Sequence record: NC_048048.2
Strand: one strand, 5' to 3'
DNA: 64,000 nt
The first letter of the stretch is position 1; every line of letters starts with the position of its first letter. Below the pieces are notes generated by a model. That model had not been told where the DNA came from and did no database searches. It worked only from the letters and a program-made list of their open reading frames with translations. A program made the translations under genes and the position numbers. Shown here piece by piece: positions 51,673 to 60,827 of the stretch.

Positions 51673-52263
51673 ATGGCCCTCGTCACCGAATCCTTTGTCG
51701 TCGATCTGGCCTGCGGGCGCGCCCTGACCAACGGCGAGCGCCGCATGGTCGCCGCCGTGATCGACTCGCTTCTCGACCCGCATTTCAAGTCGACCGCCTG
51801 GGTCAAGGGCGGCGACCATCGCGAGGCCGTCCACTACTGCGACCGCGTGACGCCCTACAGCCTGCACGGCGAGAACGCCAACGCCGCGCGCGTGCGCACC
51901 GAGGCCCTGACCACCCGCGACCATGACGCCCCCGTCCTGCTGTCGCTGTCGGTCGGCGACACCATCGGCGAAATCGCCCGCTTCTACACCATCGCCGCCG
52001 CTGTCGAATATCTCGACGGCAACCCCGATATCGATCCGACCTCGCTGCACATGGGCGCCTACACCATTGACGCCCCGTTCGGCGTGGCCAATGACATCGA
52101 GGCTGACAAGCTCCTCTATGACCTGGGCTATCGCCTGCACGCCATGGCCGGCGGGTCCTGGACCTACAGCGATCCGCAGGGCCGCCTGTGGGACGGCGGC
52201 GGCAAGCGCGAAGCCGTGGTCATGATCGCTCTGAAGCAAGCCGCCGACGCTGAAGAGGCCTAA
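51673..52263 (+). CDS. hypothetical protein
   Basis: GGGAGACACCCC-ATG. Confidence 0.75.
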   Translation: MALVTESFVVDLACGRALTNGERRMVAAVIDSLLDPHFKSTAWVKGGDHREAVHYCDRVTPYSLHGENANAARVRTEALTTRDHDAPVLLSLSVGDTIGEIARFYTIAAAVEYLDGNPDIDPTSLHMGAYTIDAPFGVANDIEADKLLYDLGYRLHAMAGGSWTYSDPQGRLWDGGGKREAVVMIALKQAADAEEA

Positions 52264-52268
52264 GGCCC

Positions 52269-52592
52269 GTGAAGCGCCGTCACGCCCTCTTCCTGTCGGT
52301 GATCGCTTCGGCGCCCGACGTGGTGATCCTGCAAGCTCCGGCGCACTTCCTGCGCTGGAGCGACCACCGCAAGGCCATCCTGGCGTTCATGCGCCAGACC
52401 TACGGCGTCAAGGCCGCCGACGTTCACGCCGTCGAAGGCGTCGCCGGCTATGCCGAACCCGACCCGACCGACGACCCCGCCGTCCTGGCGCGCTTTCAAG
52501 CCGCCTTCGCCGGGTCTGACAACTTCCCCAAGGTCGCCCTGGCGGCCTGGGACGGGCAGGCCTATCGGCTGGTCCGCCGGCCTCTGGCGTGA
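52269..52592 (+). CDS. hypothetical protein
   Basis: ORF. Confidence 0.6.
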   Translation: MKRRHALFLSVIASAPDVVILQAPAHFLRWSDHRKAILAFMRQTYGVKAADVHAVEGVAGYAEPDPTDDPAVLARFQAAFAGSDNFPKVALAAWDGQAYRLVRRPLA

Positions 52593-52610
52593 GGCCGCCA
52601 CCGCCCAGGC

Positions 52611-52637
52611 TTAACCTTAACGTGGCGTTAAGGTTAA
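52611..52637. promoter_or_regulatory. extended CtrA palindrome
   Basis: exact 27-bp architecture. Confidence 0.8.
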
Positions 52638-52662
52638 GGCCGAAAATAGTTCAAGAAAGCTG

Positions 52663-52690
52663 TTGACAGCATAGGAGGCTTATGCGAGAA
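52663..52690 (+). promoter_or_regulatory. cassette promoter P5
   Basis: consensus match. Confidence 0.8.
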
Positions 52691-52716
52691 AGGCTCATCG
52701 AAACGGGAGACACCCC

Positions 52717-53232
52717 ATGGACGACACCTATCCGCCCCTGACCCCCGGCCAGCAAGCCGCCCTGGTCGCCTTCGCCGACCAGCATGGCGGCCTGGGCGAG
52801 GCCTGGAAAGAGGCCCTGAGCGACGCCTGGAGGACGTGCAGCGAGCCCGATGCGCTCAAGGCCGACCTGCGGACCATCCGCAACACCTATGGCCCCTCCT
52901 GGCTCTATGACGAATACGCCTGGGGCTGGCGCCCGACCCTTCCCGACTGGGAGCGCGCCGGCCGCTGGACCGACACCCCGCCGCAGCCGACGCCGGGCAA
53001 GGCTCGCTGGAGCGCCGCCTTCGACCCGCCGGCCATCGGCGACCGGGTGCGCGTGACCACCAACGGCCTGGGCTGGGCGCGGGTCACCGGCTACTTCGTC
53101 GAAGCCGACTGGCTGGGCGTGATTGTCAAGCTGGAGGCCCCGGCCGACTGGTATGTCAAACAGAACGGCGGCAACGTCCCCGGCCACAGCTTCGGGACCG
53201 AGATCGCCCTGACCGACCCCGCGACCGACTGA
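52717..53232 (+). CDS. hypothetical protein
   Basis: GGGAGACACCCC-ATG. Confidence 0.75.
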   Translation: MDDTYPPLTPGQQAALVAFADQHGGLGEAWKEALSDAWRTCSEPDALKADLRTIRNTYGPSWLYDEYAWGWRPTLPDWERAGRWTDTPPQPTPGKARWSAAFDPPAIGDRVRVTTNGLGWARVTGYFVEADWLGVIVKLEAPADWYVKQNGGNVPGHSFGTEIALTDPATD

Positions 53233-53241
53233 CCTGGACGG

Positions 53242-53265
53242 CCCTGGCTGGGAGACCAGCCGGGG
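53242..53265. terminator. GC hairpin
   Basis: CCCTGGCTGG-gaga-CCAGCCGGGG; no U tract. Confidence 0.45.
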
Positions 53266-53285
53266 CGAGGCCTAACCCGGCGCGG

Positions 53286-53312
53286 TTAACCTTAACCGCC
53301 CATTAAGGTTAA
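53286..53312. promoter_or_regulatory. extended CtrA palindrome
   Basis: exact 27-bp architecture. Confidence 0.8.
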
Positions 53313-53356
53313 CCGCCGGCGCCCTGGGGCGGGCGAAAGAAAATGCAAGAAAACTG

Positions 53357-53385
53357 TTGACACGCATCTGAGGGCTATGCGAGAA
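53357..53385 (+). promoter_or_regulatory. cassette promoter P6
   Basis: consensus match. Confidence 0.8.
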
Positions 53386-53412
53386 AGGGCCATCGAACAA
53401 CGGAGGCCCCTC

Positions 53413-54255
53413 ATGGCCAAGCTATTCAGCGACCTTCAGGACCTTGCCAACTCGACCTATGTCGTGCGCATCGTCGACAATGGCGGCCAGAGCGCCGACC
53501 GCTACACGATCGTCACCGCCGATGGCGACTATTACGCCTACAGCGCCAATCCCGCCCATCCCCAAGGCGTGGGCCTGAGCGGCGAGGGCATCGACCCGCA
53601 AGTGCTGGTCGACTGGGTGGAGCGCGGCGAAGCCGTCGACCTGACCATCGGCGAGCTACCCGAGGCCGCCGCCCGCTGTCTGCTGGCGTCGATCAACGCC
53701 AGCGTCGAGGACTTCCTGTCGGCTGTCGAGGACCCGACCAGCAACGCCGTGGCCCCGACCCGCGAAAAGGCGGAGATCAATGACGGCGTGATGGATTGCT
53801 TCGGCAAGGGCATCTATCGCGTGGGCGAGGGTTTCGCCGTGCGCATGGATGGCCTGGACGCGGGCGATGATCGCGGCCCCTTCATGAGCGCTGTCGAGGC
53901 GGTCAAGGCCACCCTCCCCGATGAATACGCCTGGGCTGGCGAGGAATACCTGTCGCCGCGCGACATGACCAAGATCACGCCCGAAGCCAAGCCGCTCGTT
54001 CTGGTCCACGCCCTGGAGGCCATTCGCGACTATGAATATCAGCGCGACAACCCCGGCTCGTTCTTCGACGGGCTGAACGAGGACGACACTGACGCGGGCC
54101 TGGGCATCGTGCGCCGCACGCGCTACCTGTCCAAGGTCACCGATGATGCGACCATCGTCGGGCTGATCGGCGAGGCGCCGGCCTTCGCCCTGGCCCATGA
54201 ATGTCTCGACCAACTGTGGACCCTGGCGCAAGAGCGGTGGGAGGCGGGCCAGTGA
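53413..54255 (+). CDS. hypothetical acidic protein (DNGGxxxDRYT motif)
   Basis: GGAGG SD. Confidence 0.75.
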   Translation: MAKLFSDLQDLANSTYVVRIVDNGGQSADRYTIVTADGDYYAYSANPAHPQGVGLSGEGIDPQVLVDWVERGEAVDLTIGELPEAAARCLLASINASVEDFLSAVEDPTSNAVAPTREKAEINDGVMDCFGKGIYRVGEGFAVRMDGLDAGDDRGPFMSAVEAVKATLPDEYAWAGEEYLSPRDMTKITPEAKPLVLVHALEAIRDYEYQRDNPGSFFDGLNEDDTDAGLGIVRRTRYLSKVTDDATIVGLIGEAPAFALAHECLDQLWTLAQERWEAGQ

Positions 54256-54455
54256 GCGCCCGCGAACGCCGCGCCCTCTCCGAACTGCTGGCCCTGTTCC
54301 ACGCGGTCAACAGCGGCCACGTCAAGGGCCGCAACCCCTACGCCTTCCCGGCCGTCAAGCTCGCCAACGAGGTATTGACGGGCGACCCGCTGGACGGGGT
54401 TTCCACGTCGCCGAAGCCCTGGACCGGCATCGCGAGGCGGACGGCAAGGCCTTGA
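54252..54455 (+). CDS. hypothetical protein
   Basis: GGAGG SD, GTGA overlap. Confidence 0.65.
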   Translation: MSARERRALSELLALFHAVNSGHVKGRNPYAFPAVKLANEVLTGDPLDGVSTSPKPWTGIARRTARP

Positions 54456-54559
54456 TTTTCGAGGTCGGCGGTTGCCCGGACGGCTGCTTGCTGTCCTACA
54501 GCGGCGCGGTTCCGCGCTGCGTCAACTGCGACACCGAATATCCCGAAGAAAACGGTTGA
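54452..54559 (+). CDS. 35-aa Zn-finger-like peptide
   Basis: TTGA overlap; CPDGC...CVNC; stop inside P7 -35. Confidence 0.5.
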   Translation: MIFEVGGCPDGCLLSYSGAVPRCVNCDTEYPEENG

Positions 54560-54583
54560 CAGCATAAGGGAGCTATGCGAGAA
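54556..54583 (+). promoter_or_regulatory. cassette promoter P7
   Basis: consensus match. Confidence 0.8.
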
Positions 54584-54610
54584 AGGGTCATCAACGGAGA
54601 CACCCCGCCC

Positions 54611-54751
54611 ATGTGGACCGAAAAGACCTTCAAGACCCGCGCCGCCAAGGAGGCCTGGATCGCCCGCAATGAAGACCGCTATCAGATCGTCGAGATCGTG
54701 GTCTGCAACGCCTACGGCGTGACCTACAAGCCCCTCCGACGCGTCTACTAG
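54611..54751 (+). CDS. hypothetical protein (46 aa)
   Basis: GGAGACACCCC leader; not in ORF track. Confidence 0.7.
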   Translation: MWTEKTFKTRAAKEAWIARNEDRYQIVEIVVCNAYGVTYKPLRRVY

Positions 54752-54761
54752 GAGACCTCGC

Positions 54762-54953
54762 ATGATCCCCGACTCGGTCCGTAACCCGCAAGATCATTGG
54801 ACCCCCATCGCCACCCGCGCCAAGGCTGACGCCCTGGCCTATCGCTACAACCAAGATGACGCCGGCCCCGGCCTCTACGAGGTCCACGAAAAGGGCGAAA
54901 GCTTCGCCATCGCCTACTATGACGAAGACGGCGCCTTCTGCGGCTACGTCTAA
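54762..54953 (+). CDS. hypothetical protein
   Basis: AGGAG SD. Confidence 0.7.
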   Translation: MIPDSVRNPQDHWTPIATRAKADALAYRYNQDDAGPGLYEVHEKGESFAIAYYDEDGAFCGYV

Positions 54954-54971
54954 CCCGCTCCTGTCAACTTG

Positions 54972-55009
54972 AAGGCCGGCGCCGCTCTCCTGGCGCCGGC
55001 CTTTTTCTT
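54972..55009 (+). terminator. intrinsic terminator
   Basis: AAGGCCGGCGCC-N8-GGCGCCGGCCTTTTT. Confidence 0.85.
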
Positions 55010-55025
55010 GCCCGCCGCCTGGGTC

Positions 55026-55069
55026 TTAACCTTAAGGCGAGATTAAGGTTAACGCCGCCTTAAGGTTAA
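55026..55069. promoter_or_regulatory. extended CtrA palindrome plus second N7 box
   Basis: TTAACCTTAA-N7-TTAAGGTTAA-N7-TTAAGGTTAA. Confidence 0.8.
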
Positions 55070-55106
55070 CCGGTGCCCCGCATCCCGCCCGGATGCAAAA
55101 AACCTG

Positions 55107-55135
55107 TTGACACGCATTTCGACCCTATGCGAGAA
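55107..55135 (+). promoter_or_regulatory. cassette promoter P8
   Basis: consensus match; 37 bp identical to P10. Confidence 0.8.
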
Positions 55136-55162
55136 AGGCGACGAACACGGGAGACACCCCTT

Positions 55163-56161
55163 ATGACCACGACCATTCCCGGCGCCGAGCATACGATGAT
55201 CGGACAAGCCGCCTATCGCTCGACCAAGCGCCCCGACCAAGTGCGCGAGATGGCCTATGGCGCGTTCCCGGCCGCGACGTCGGACTCGCCCTTCGCCGTC
55301 AAGCCGGCCTGTGGCAAGGTCCCGAGCGCGCGCGTGCTGGAGGACTTCGACCCCGCCGACGTCTTCACGACCAGAGCCAATGATCGCGGCGGCTTCTATG
55401 CCTCCGCCAACTTCGGCGGCTCTGAGGTGTCGTGGATCAGCATCGCCGGCTATGGCGACACCGAGGAGGCCGCCCGCGCCGATCTCATGGCCCGGTTCAT
55501 CGCCGACCGCGACGGCAAGGGCAAATTTGGCCCTCACCATCCCCTGGTCGGCTATGACTGGGGCTATAAGCTCGCCCCGTTCTGGGACATGCTGGAGCGC
55601 GAGGCCGCCATTCGCCAGCCCTTCAAGCGCCAGCTTTACCTGGGCAAGCTGAAGTCCGGCCGCCCTAATCCCAAGGGCTTTGACGTGTTCGTCGATGTCG
55701 AATGGACCGGCGTGCGCCTGTCGCTGTCGGGCGTCATCGGCCCCAAGGCCAATGGCAACGCCTGGGACGGCGCAGGCCAGATCGTCGGCAGTCTCAAGCG
55801 CAAGGACTTTCTGGAGTTCGCCCCGTCCTGGCATTATGGATCGGCCCTTGACGGTCTGGTCCAGGCCTGGACCCGCTGGCACCTGAACGACCTGCGCGCC
55901 GGCACGCTTCGGCAGGAAGACCACCTGCGCGGCTATGAGGCCAAGCGCAACATTGAGCAGGCCAAGGCCGCCGGCGCCCATTCTCTCGACGCCACCCGCG
56001 CCGAACTGGCGCGCGTCCATATGGAGCCCGACACCTGGGAGCGCCACAACGGCCGGCCCTATAGCTACGGCTCCGCATGGCTTCGCGAGGAGGTCCCCAC
56101 CTACGTTCTCGACTTCCTGCGCAATCTCCCCGCCCCCACCAAAATCAGCCCCTGGAGGTAA
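55163..56161 (+). CDS. hypothetical protein
   Basis: GGGAGACACCCC leader. Confidence 0.75.
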   Translation: MTTTIPGAEHTMIGQAAYRSTKRPDQVREMAYGAFPAATSDSPFAVKPACGKVPSARVLEDFDPADVFTTRANDRGGFYASANFGGSEVSWISIAGYGDTEEAARADLMARFIADRDGKGKFGPHHPLVGYDWGYKLAPFWDMLEREAAIRQPFKRQLYLGKLKSGRPNPKGFDVFVDVEWTGVRLSLSGVIGPKANGNAWDGAGQIVGSLKRKDFLEFAPSWHYGSALDGLVQAWTRWHLNDLRAGTLRQEDHLRGYEAKRNIEQAKAAGAHSLDATRAELARVHMEPDTWERHNGRPYSYGSAWLREEVPTYVLDFLRNLPAPTKISPWR

Positions 56162-56168
56162 CCCGCCC

Positions 56169-56603
56169 ATGGCCATCAACACCGCCGGCCTCGTCGGCAA
56201 GCTCAAGGAAGCCCTCGCCGCCGCCCCCAACCTGACCCTATGGGCCAAGGAACGCGGCCTCTTCCATCAGAACGTTTCGGCCGCCGCGCGCGGCGACACC
56301 GTGCCGCAAGAAAGCATCGCCAAGGCCCTGGGCTTCCGACGCGTCCACGTCCAGGCCTATCTGGCGCCGGGCGAAGCCCTGCCGCTCCTGCCGCCCGGCT
56401 GGGAGGAGGTGCTTCCCGGTTCGGCGACCCCGGTCGACTGGAAGCCCCGCGACAAGGCCGCCGCCCCCGCCCCGCGCCGGGTCGGTTCGCCCGACCAGAT
56501 GGCCAAGGCCCGCGACGCGCGCCGGCCGCGTTCCGCGCCGGTCCAGCCCCCGGCCCAAACCGCCGGCAAGCCTCGCCGCAAGAAAGTGCAAGAAACCGGT
56601 TGA
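56169..56603 (+). CDS. XRE/Cro-like HTH protein
   Basis: LTLWAKERGLFHQNVSAAARGDTVPQESIAKALG; basic Pro/Ala tail. Confidence 0.65.
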   Translation: MAINTAGLVGKLKEALAAAPNLTLWAKERGLFHQNVSAAARGDTVPQESIAKALGFRRVHVQAYLAPGEALPLLPPGWEEVLPGSATPVDWKPRDKAAAPAPRRVGSPDQMAKARDARRPRSAPVQPPAQTAGKPRRKKVQETG

Positions 56604-56627
56604 CAGCATAAGGCGGCTATGCGAGAA
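56600..56627 (+). promoter_or_regulatory. cassette promoter P9
   Basis: consensus match; contains HTH stop codon. Confidence 0.8.
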
Positions 56628-56653
56628 AGGCTCATCACTTCTGGAGCAAGCCC

Positions 56654-56863
56654 ATGGCCGCCTTCATCTGCACCGCCGATCTCAACGCCCTGGTCGAGGA
56701 CATCGCCTATGACGTGGAGATGGAAGACCGCGCCGCCGAGGAACTCGACGGCCTGGACTTTGGCGACCGCTGTTACTACGGCGACCGCGCTTACCATGGC
56801 CAGCTTGAGCTTGCCCGGATCATCGAGACGGCCGTCGCCGCTCATCCCATCCTGTACGCCTAG
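56654..56863 (+). CDS. hypothetical acidic protein
   Basis: GGAG SD. Confidence 0.7.
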   Translation: MAAFICTADLNALVEDIAYDVEMEDRAAEELDGLDFGDRCYYGDRAYHGQLELARIIETAVAAHPILYA

Positions 56864-56879
56864 CAGAGGAGGCGCCGCT

Positions 56880-57092
56880 TTGCCACGCTACCGCACCGAC
56901 TACAGCGAAGACGACGGAAAAACCGTCATCATCGAGGAAGGCCTGACGAGGACGCAGGCCATGCAAAAGGCCGCGATCCTGTCGCGCAAGCACGGGACCG
57001 CCTACGCCGTCGCCTCCGACGACAAGGGCCGCGACACCGGCCAAAGGGTCTATGCTGACGGCCGGTTCAGCTACCAAGACGACAAGTTCTAA
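56880..57092 (+). CDS. hypothetical protein
   Basis: GAGGAGG SD, TTG start. Confidence 0.65.
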   Translation: MPRYRTDYSEDDGKTVIIEEGLTRTQAMQKAAILSRKHGTAYAVASDDKGRDTGQRVYADGRFSYQDDKF

Positions 57093-57098
57093 GGCAAG

Positions 57099-57123
57099 AG
57101 GCCCGGAGCGATCCGGGCCTTTT
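57099..57123 (+). terminator. intrinsic terminator
   Basis: AGGCCCGGA-gcga-TCCGGGCCT-TTT. Confidence 0.85.
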
Positions 57124-57142
57124 GTCTGTCCCCCGCCCGGCG

Positions 57143-57169
57143 ATAACCTTAACGCCGCGTTAAGGTTAA
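57143..57169. promoter_or_regulatory. extended CtrA palindrome (1 mismatch)
   Basis: ATAACCTTAA-N7-TTAAGGTTAA. Confidence 0.75.
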
Positions 57170-57214
57170 CCCCCTGGGACGGGGGGCGCCGCCGCAAAAA
57201 CTGCAAGAAAACTG

Positions 57215-57243
57215 TTGACACGCATTTCGACCCTATGCGAGAA
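57215..57243 (+). promoter_or_regulatory. cassette promoter P10
   Basis: consensus match. Confidence 0.8.
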
Positions 57244-57268
57244 AGGCGCATCAACCACGGAGGACAAC

Positions 57269-58000
57269 ATGTCCACGCACCCGCTGATCGCCGCCGCCCT
57301 GGCCAATCTTCGCGAAGGCCCGGCCATGGTCGCCGGCCCCGACCACGTCACCAAGGTCACGTCCTACGAACTGACCCGCGCGGTCATGTTCAAGGCCGCC
57401 GACCAGATCGAACGGGCTCTGAGCGATTTCCCCGCCCCGCCCGCCTGCCTGGGCGCCTTCCTGATGACCGAGTTCGACCGCCTGGGCGACAACTGGGGCG
57501 CCCTGGGCGACGCCATCACCGAAGGCGAGGCCCTGGCCAATGCTGAAACCGTCCTGGCGTGGTACTTCAACGCCACCCGTGACGACGGCGACCCGGACGG
57601 CTACACGCTCAAACTCGCTGGCGCCCTGCCCAACGACGCCGAGGCCGCCCGCATCCGCCGCGACTACGCCGCCGCCCTGGAGGCGCAAGAGCAGGCCAAG
57701 GCCGCCGAGGCTCGCGCCTTCGCCGACCGTCACGCCGCCCTAGGTTCGGCCGAAGCCGTCGCCGACCTCCTGGGCTCGCTGTTCGACACGCCGCGCACCG
57801 CCGCCGAGGCCCTGGGCTACAGCTTCCATTTCGTCCCGGTGATCGGCGGCGAGATCGAGGGCGAACGCGCCTGGATCGGCGAGGACAAGGCCGGCGAGCG
57901 CGTCCATGGCGACTACGCCAGCGCCGACCAAGCCGCCCGCGCCGCCCTCATCTACCACGTGCGCGCCAACCAAGCCGCCCAAATCGTCAAGGACGCCTGA
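57269..58000 (+). CDS. hypothetical protein
   Basis: GGAGG SD. Confidence 0.75.
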
Positions 58001-58002
58001 CC

Positions 58003-58629
58003 ATGACCGCCGCCGCATCCCTCTTCGAACAAGCCCAGATCGAGGCCGCTCAAGCCGCCATCGACGCCAACACCGCGCGCGTTGGGCTGGAGACCGAGGA
58101 CGCCACGCCCGGAACCGACCTTTTCCACCTGCTGGGCTCGCTGCTGACCTGGGCCGACGCCTGGGCCGTGGACTTCGACGACATCCTGTCTCAGGTCCGC
58201 GAACCGGTGAACCTCTCCAAGACCGTGACCCGCTTTGATCCGGCCACCTATGGCCAAGACCAGCGGCTTGCGGCCATCCGCGCCAATCTCGACCAGCGCA
58301 ACACCCCTTCCGTTCCGGTCCTGACCCGCGACGAGGCCGAAACCGAGGCCATGCGCGATCTCGCCGCCGTGGTCGGCAAGGTGATCAAGGTCCACGATAT
58401 CACCGGCTATTTCGGCGAGACGGGCCAAGAGGACTTGCGCCCCCACGACGGCGCGCCGGCCTTTTCGGTGATCGTCCTGCCGTCCGACCGGGACGACGTG
58501 ATCTACTGGAATGACGAGCATCTGGACGTTCGGTGGAACGTCACCCCCGCGCCGGGCGAAACCCGCCTCTACGAACTGCGCTCGCTCTGGGTGTTCGGGC
58601 GCGGCTATGTCATCGAAGGCGAGGGCTGA
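58003..58629 (+). CDS. hypothetical protein
   Basis: ORF. Confidence 0.7.
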   Translation: MTAAASLFEQAQIEAAQAAIDANTARVGLETEDATPGTDLFHLLGSLLTWADAWAVDFDDILSQVREPVNLSKTVTRFDPATYGQDQRLAAIRANLDQRNTPSVPVLTRDEAETEAMRDLAAVVGKVIKVHDITGYFGETGQEDLRPHDGAPAFSVIVLPSDRDDVIYWNDEHLDVRWNVTPAPGETRLYELRSLWVFGRGYVIEGEG

Positions 58630-58631
58630 TC

Positions 58632-58940
58632 ATGGCCATGCCCCTGGGCTTGCGGACCACCGCCACCAGCTACGCCATTGACGTGGACGATGACCAGTTT
58701 CTGGCCATGATCCAGGCCGAAGGCTACAAGGGCGGTGATTTCGAGCCGTCCCTGTTCGACAAGCTGCAAAAGACCCCCGCCCGCGACATCGAATATAACG
58801 GCCACTTCGGCGCGTCGGTCTATTTCACCCTCACCGAGGAAGACGACACCCCCGCCCTACGCGCCGAGCTTGGCCGGATGATCGCCGAACACCTAACCCT
58901 CTGCGTCGCCCACATGGCGACCTACGACAAGGACGCCTGA
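58632..58940 (+). CDS. hypothetical protein
   Basis: ORF. Confidence 0.7.
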   Translation: MAMPLGLRTTATSYAIDVDDDQFLAMIQAEGYKGGDFEPSLFDKLQKTPARDIEYNGHFGASVYFTLTEEDDTPALRAELGRMIAEHLTLCVAHMATYDKDA

Positions 58941-58942
58941 CC

Positions 58943-59248
58943 ATGCTGAATATCGAGGACCAGACGATTCGCCTTCGCGAGGAAGGCAAGAACAAGACCA
59001 CCACCGTCATTGGCGGGGTGCTGCTGTTCTTCTCCTATTCGACCCTGGTCGGCTTTCGCTGTCCGCGCCTGGGGATGGTGATCAACCCGGCCGCCAAGAG
59101 CTACGGCGTCACCACCGCCCGCCACGTCGGCGAATTTGGCCTAGGCGCGCCGGGCGTGGGTAAAACCGCCACCGAAGAAGACTTTCAGCGCCTCGCCATG
59201 GGCGCGGTCATGGGTTCGTCCGGGCCTGACTACCTACTGTTGAATTAA
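58943..59248 (+). CDS. hypothetical protein
   Basis: ORF. Confidence 0.7.
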   Translation: MLNIEDQTIRLREEGKNKTTTVIGGVLLFFSYSTLVGFRCPRLGMVINPAAKSYGVTTARHVGEFGLGAPGVGKTATEEDFQRLAMGAVMGSSGPDYLLLN

Positions 59249-59364
59249 GCCCCGAGACGAGCACTAGGGCTGTCACGAATCCCCTCATCTATGACAGCTT
59301 AAGAGCCCGTTTAGTCTTCCCTGTACTCTGTTGCGCCAGTATCGGCGCGGAAAGTGATGCGCCT

Positions 59365-59427
59365 ATGAAGCTCCTCGAAGGTGGCGGACTGCTGGCCCTG
59401 TGCTTCCTTTTCTGGCTCCTCCACTGA
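59365..59427 (+). CDS. 20-aa hydrophobic peptide, copy 2
   Basis: MKLLEGGGLLALCFLFWLLH. Confidence 0.7.
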   Translation: MKLLEGGGLLALCFLFWLLH

Positions 59428-59435
59428 CAAGGCTG

Positions 59436-59463
59436 TTGACAGCATCAAGGCCCTATGCGAGAA
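59436..59463 (+). promoter_or_regulatory. cassette promoter P11
   Basis: consensus match. Confidence 0.8.
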
Positions 59464-59491
59464 AGGCTCATCGCCACCGGAGACACCCGCG

Positions 59492-59758
59492 ATGACCGAT
59501 TACGACGATTGGGGCCAAGAGGCCTATATGGACCACCTCCATGATCAGGCCGTTGACGAGGCTTTCGAGCGCCACGCCGACGACGCCTATGAGGACGACC
59601 TGGGCGCCGAAGACCCGGACCTCGAATTCCCCGATGAGGCGGACGACGAGGAAGACCTTCGCCGGGCCGAAGGGCTCATGCCCTGGGCGACCCCCGAGGG
59701 CGTCGAGCCTGGGCAGTTCCCCCGCCGGGCCTATGACGACGACGAAATCCCGTTCTGA
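59492..59758 (+). CDS. acidic 88-aa protein ending in SSB-like tail DDDEIPF
   Basis: 32 of 88 residues D/E, no Lys, no OB fold. Confidence 0.75.
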   Translation: MTDYDDWGQEAYMDHLHDQAVDEAFERHADDAYEDDLGAEDPDLEFPDEADDEEDLRRAEGLMPWATPEGVEPGQFPRRAYDDDEIPF

Positions 59759-59771
59759 CCTCCTCCCTTCG

Positions 59772-59798
59772 AAAGGCCCCGCGCGGGCCTTTCTTTTT
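59772..59798 (+). terminator. intrinsic terminator
   Basis: AAAGGCCC-N5-GGGCCTTT-CTTTTT. Confidence 0.8.
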
Positions 59799-59813
59799 GC
59801 CCCGCGCCTGGGG

Positions 59814-59840
59814 TTAACCTTAACGCCGCCTTAAGGTTAA
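59814..59840. promoter_or_regulatory. extended CtrA palindrome
   Basis: exact 27-bp architecture. Confidence 0.8.
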
Positions 59841-59912
59841 CCCGGCCGGATCGTTTTTCGTCTTTTGTGTCGGGCCGTCTTTCGTTTTCCGTGTCGAGGT
59901 GCAAGAAAGCTG

Positions 59913-59940
59913 TTGACAGCATAAAAGCCCTATGCGAGAA
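59913..59940 (+). promoter_or_regulatory. cassette promoter P12
   Basis: consensus match. Confidence 0.8.
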
Positions 59941-59968
59941 AGGCTCATCGCAACCAAGGAGCCCGACC

Positions 59969-60160
59969 ATGGGACTCAAGATCGAAATCGACACCGGCAA
60001 CGAGGCCTTCCAAGGCGTGGCCGGCGAGCATTGCGCCACCCTCCTGCATGAGGTCGCCCGCAAGCTCGATCAAGGCGCCCGCGCCGGCAATATCTACGAC
60101 GGCAACGGCAACAAGGTCGGGACCTACGAACTCGACCACACCGACGCCCCGGAGTCGTGA
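59969..60160 (+). CDS. hypothetical protein (NxAF...DxNGNxVG motif)
   Basis: AAGGAG SD. Confidence 0.75.
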   Translation: MGLKIEIDTGNEAFQGVAGEHCATLLHEVARKLDQGARAGNIYDGNGNKVGTYELDHTDAPES

Positions 60161-60163
60161 GCC

Positions 60164-60490
60164 GTGGCCAGCTACGTCATCCAGATCAGCGTGAACGTGG
60201 AGGTCGATGACCTCCCCGTTCTGTTGGCCGCCGCCATGGCCAAGGCCACGGGCGACGACGGCCTGACCGAAGATCAAGCCCGCGATATCCTGACCAACTC
60301 CGACCCTCTGGGCCGGCCGGATGTCAAGGCCTGTCTGACCATGCTGTTTGATCCGGGCGTCAGCCCGGACGGCACGTCGATCAATGACAGCATCGTCACC
60401 CGCGAGGACTACGACCAAGACGAGGCCATGGACGCCTATGAGGCCGCCCACGGCGAGGACGAGGAAGGGGAAGGCGATGACGAGGACTAG
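60164..60490 (+). CDS. hypothetical acidic protein
   Basis: GGAG SD, GTG start. Confidence 0.7.
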   Translation: MASYVIQISVNVEVDDLPVLLAAAMAKATGDDGLTEDQARDILTNSDPLGRPDVKACLTMLFDPGVSPDGTSINDSIVTREDYDQDEAMDAYEAAHGEDEEGEGDDED

Positions 60491-60827
60491 GAGCAAGAAG
60501 CGCGTCCCGCAACGCCTGCTTCTGGCCAATCGCGCGCCCCTGGTCGCCGGGCCTGACCCCGCCACCCGCCGCCACTGGTGGGAGCTTCTGGAGAGCGTCG
60601 GCGAGCCGCGCGACCTTGAGGCCCTGCTGGTCGTGGCGATTGACCAAGACGCGGCCGAAACCGTCGCCGGGGTCTTTCCGCTCGCCGGCGCCGACTATGA
60701 AGCCCAGAGCCGCAAGGCCGACGCCCTGGCCGCCGCCACCACCCGCCCCCGCAGCCCTGGCCAGCGCGACGCGCTCAACGCCTATGTGCTGCACGTCAAT
60801 GACCCGAACGCCGAGCATCATCCATGA
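60477..60827 (+). CDS. hypothetical protein
   Basis: ORF overlapping neighbours. Confidence 0.6.
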   Translation: MTRTRSKKRVPQRLLLANRAPLVAGPDPATRRHWWELLESVGEPRDLEALLVVAIDQDAAETVAGVFPLAGADYEAQSRKADALAAATTRPRSPGQRDALNAYVLHVNDPNAEHHP

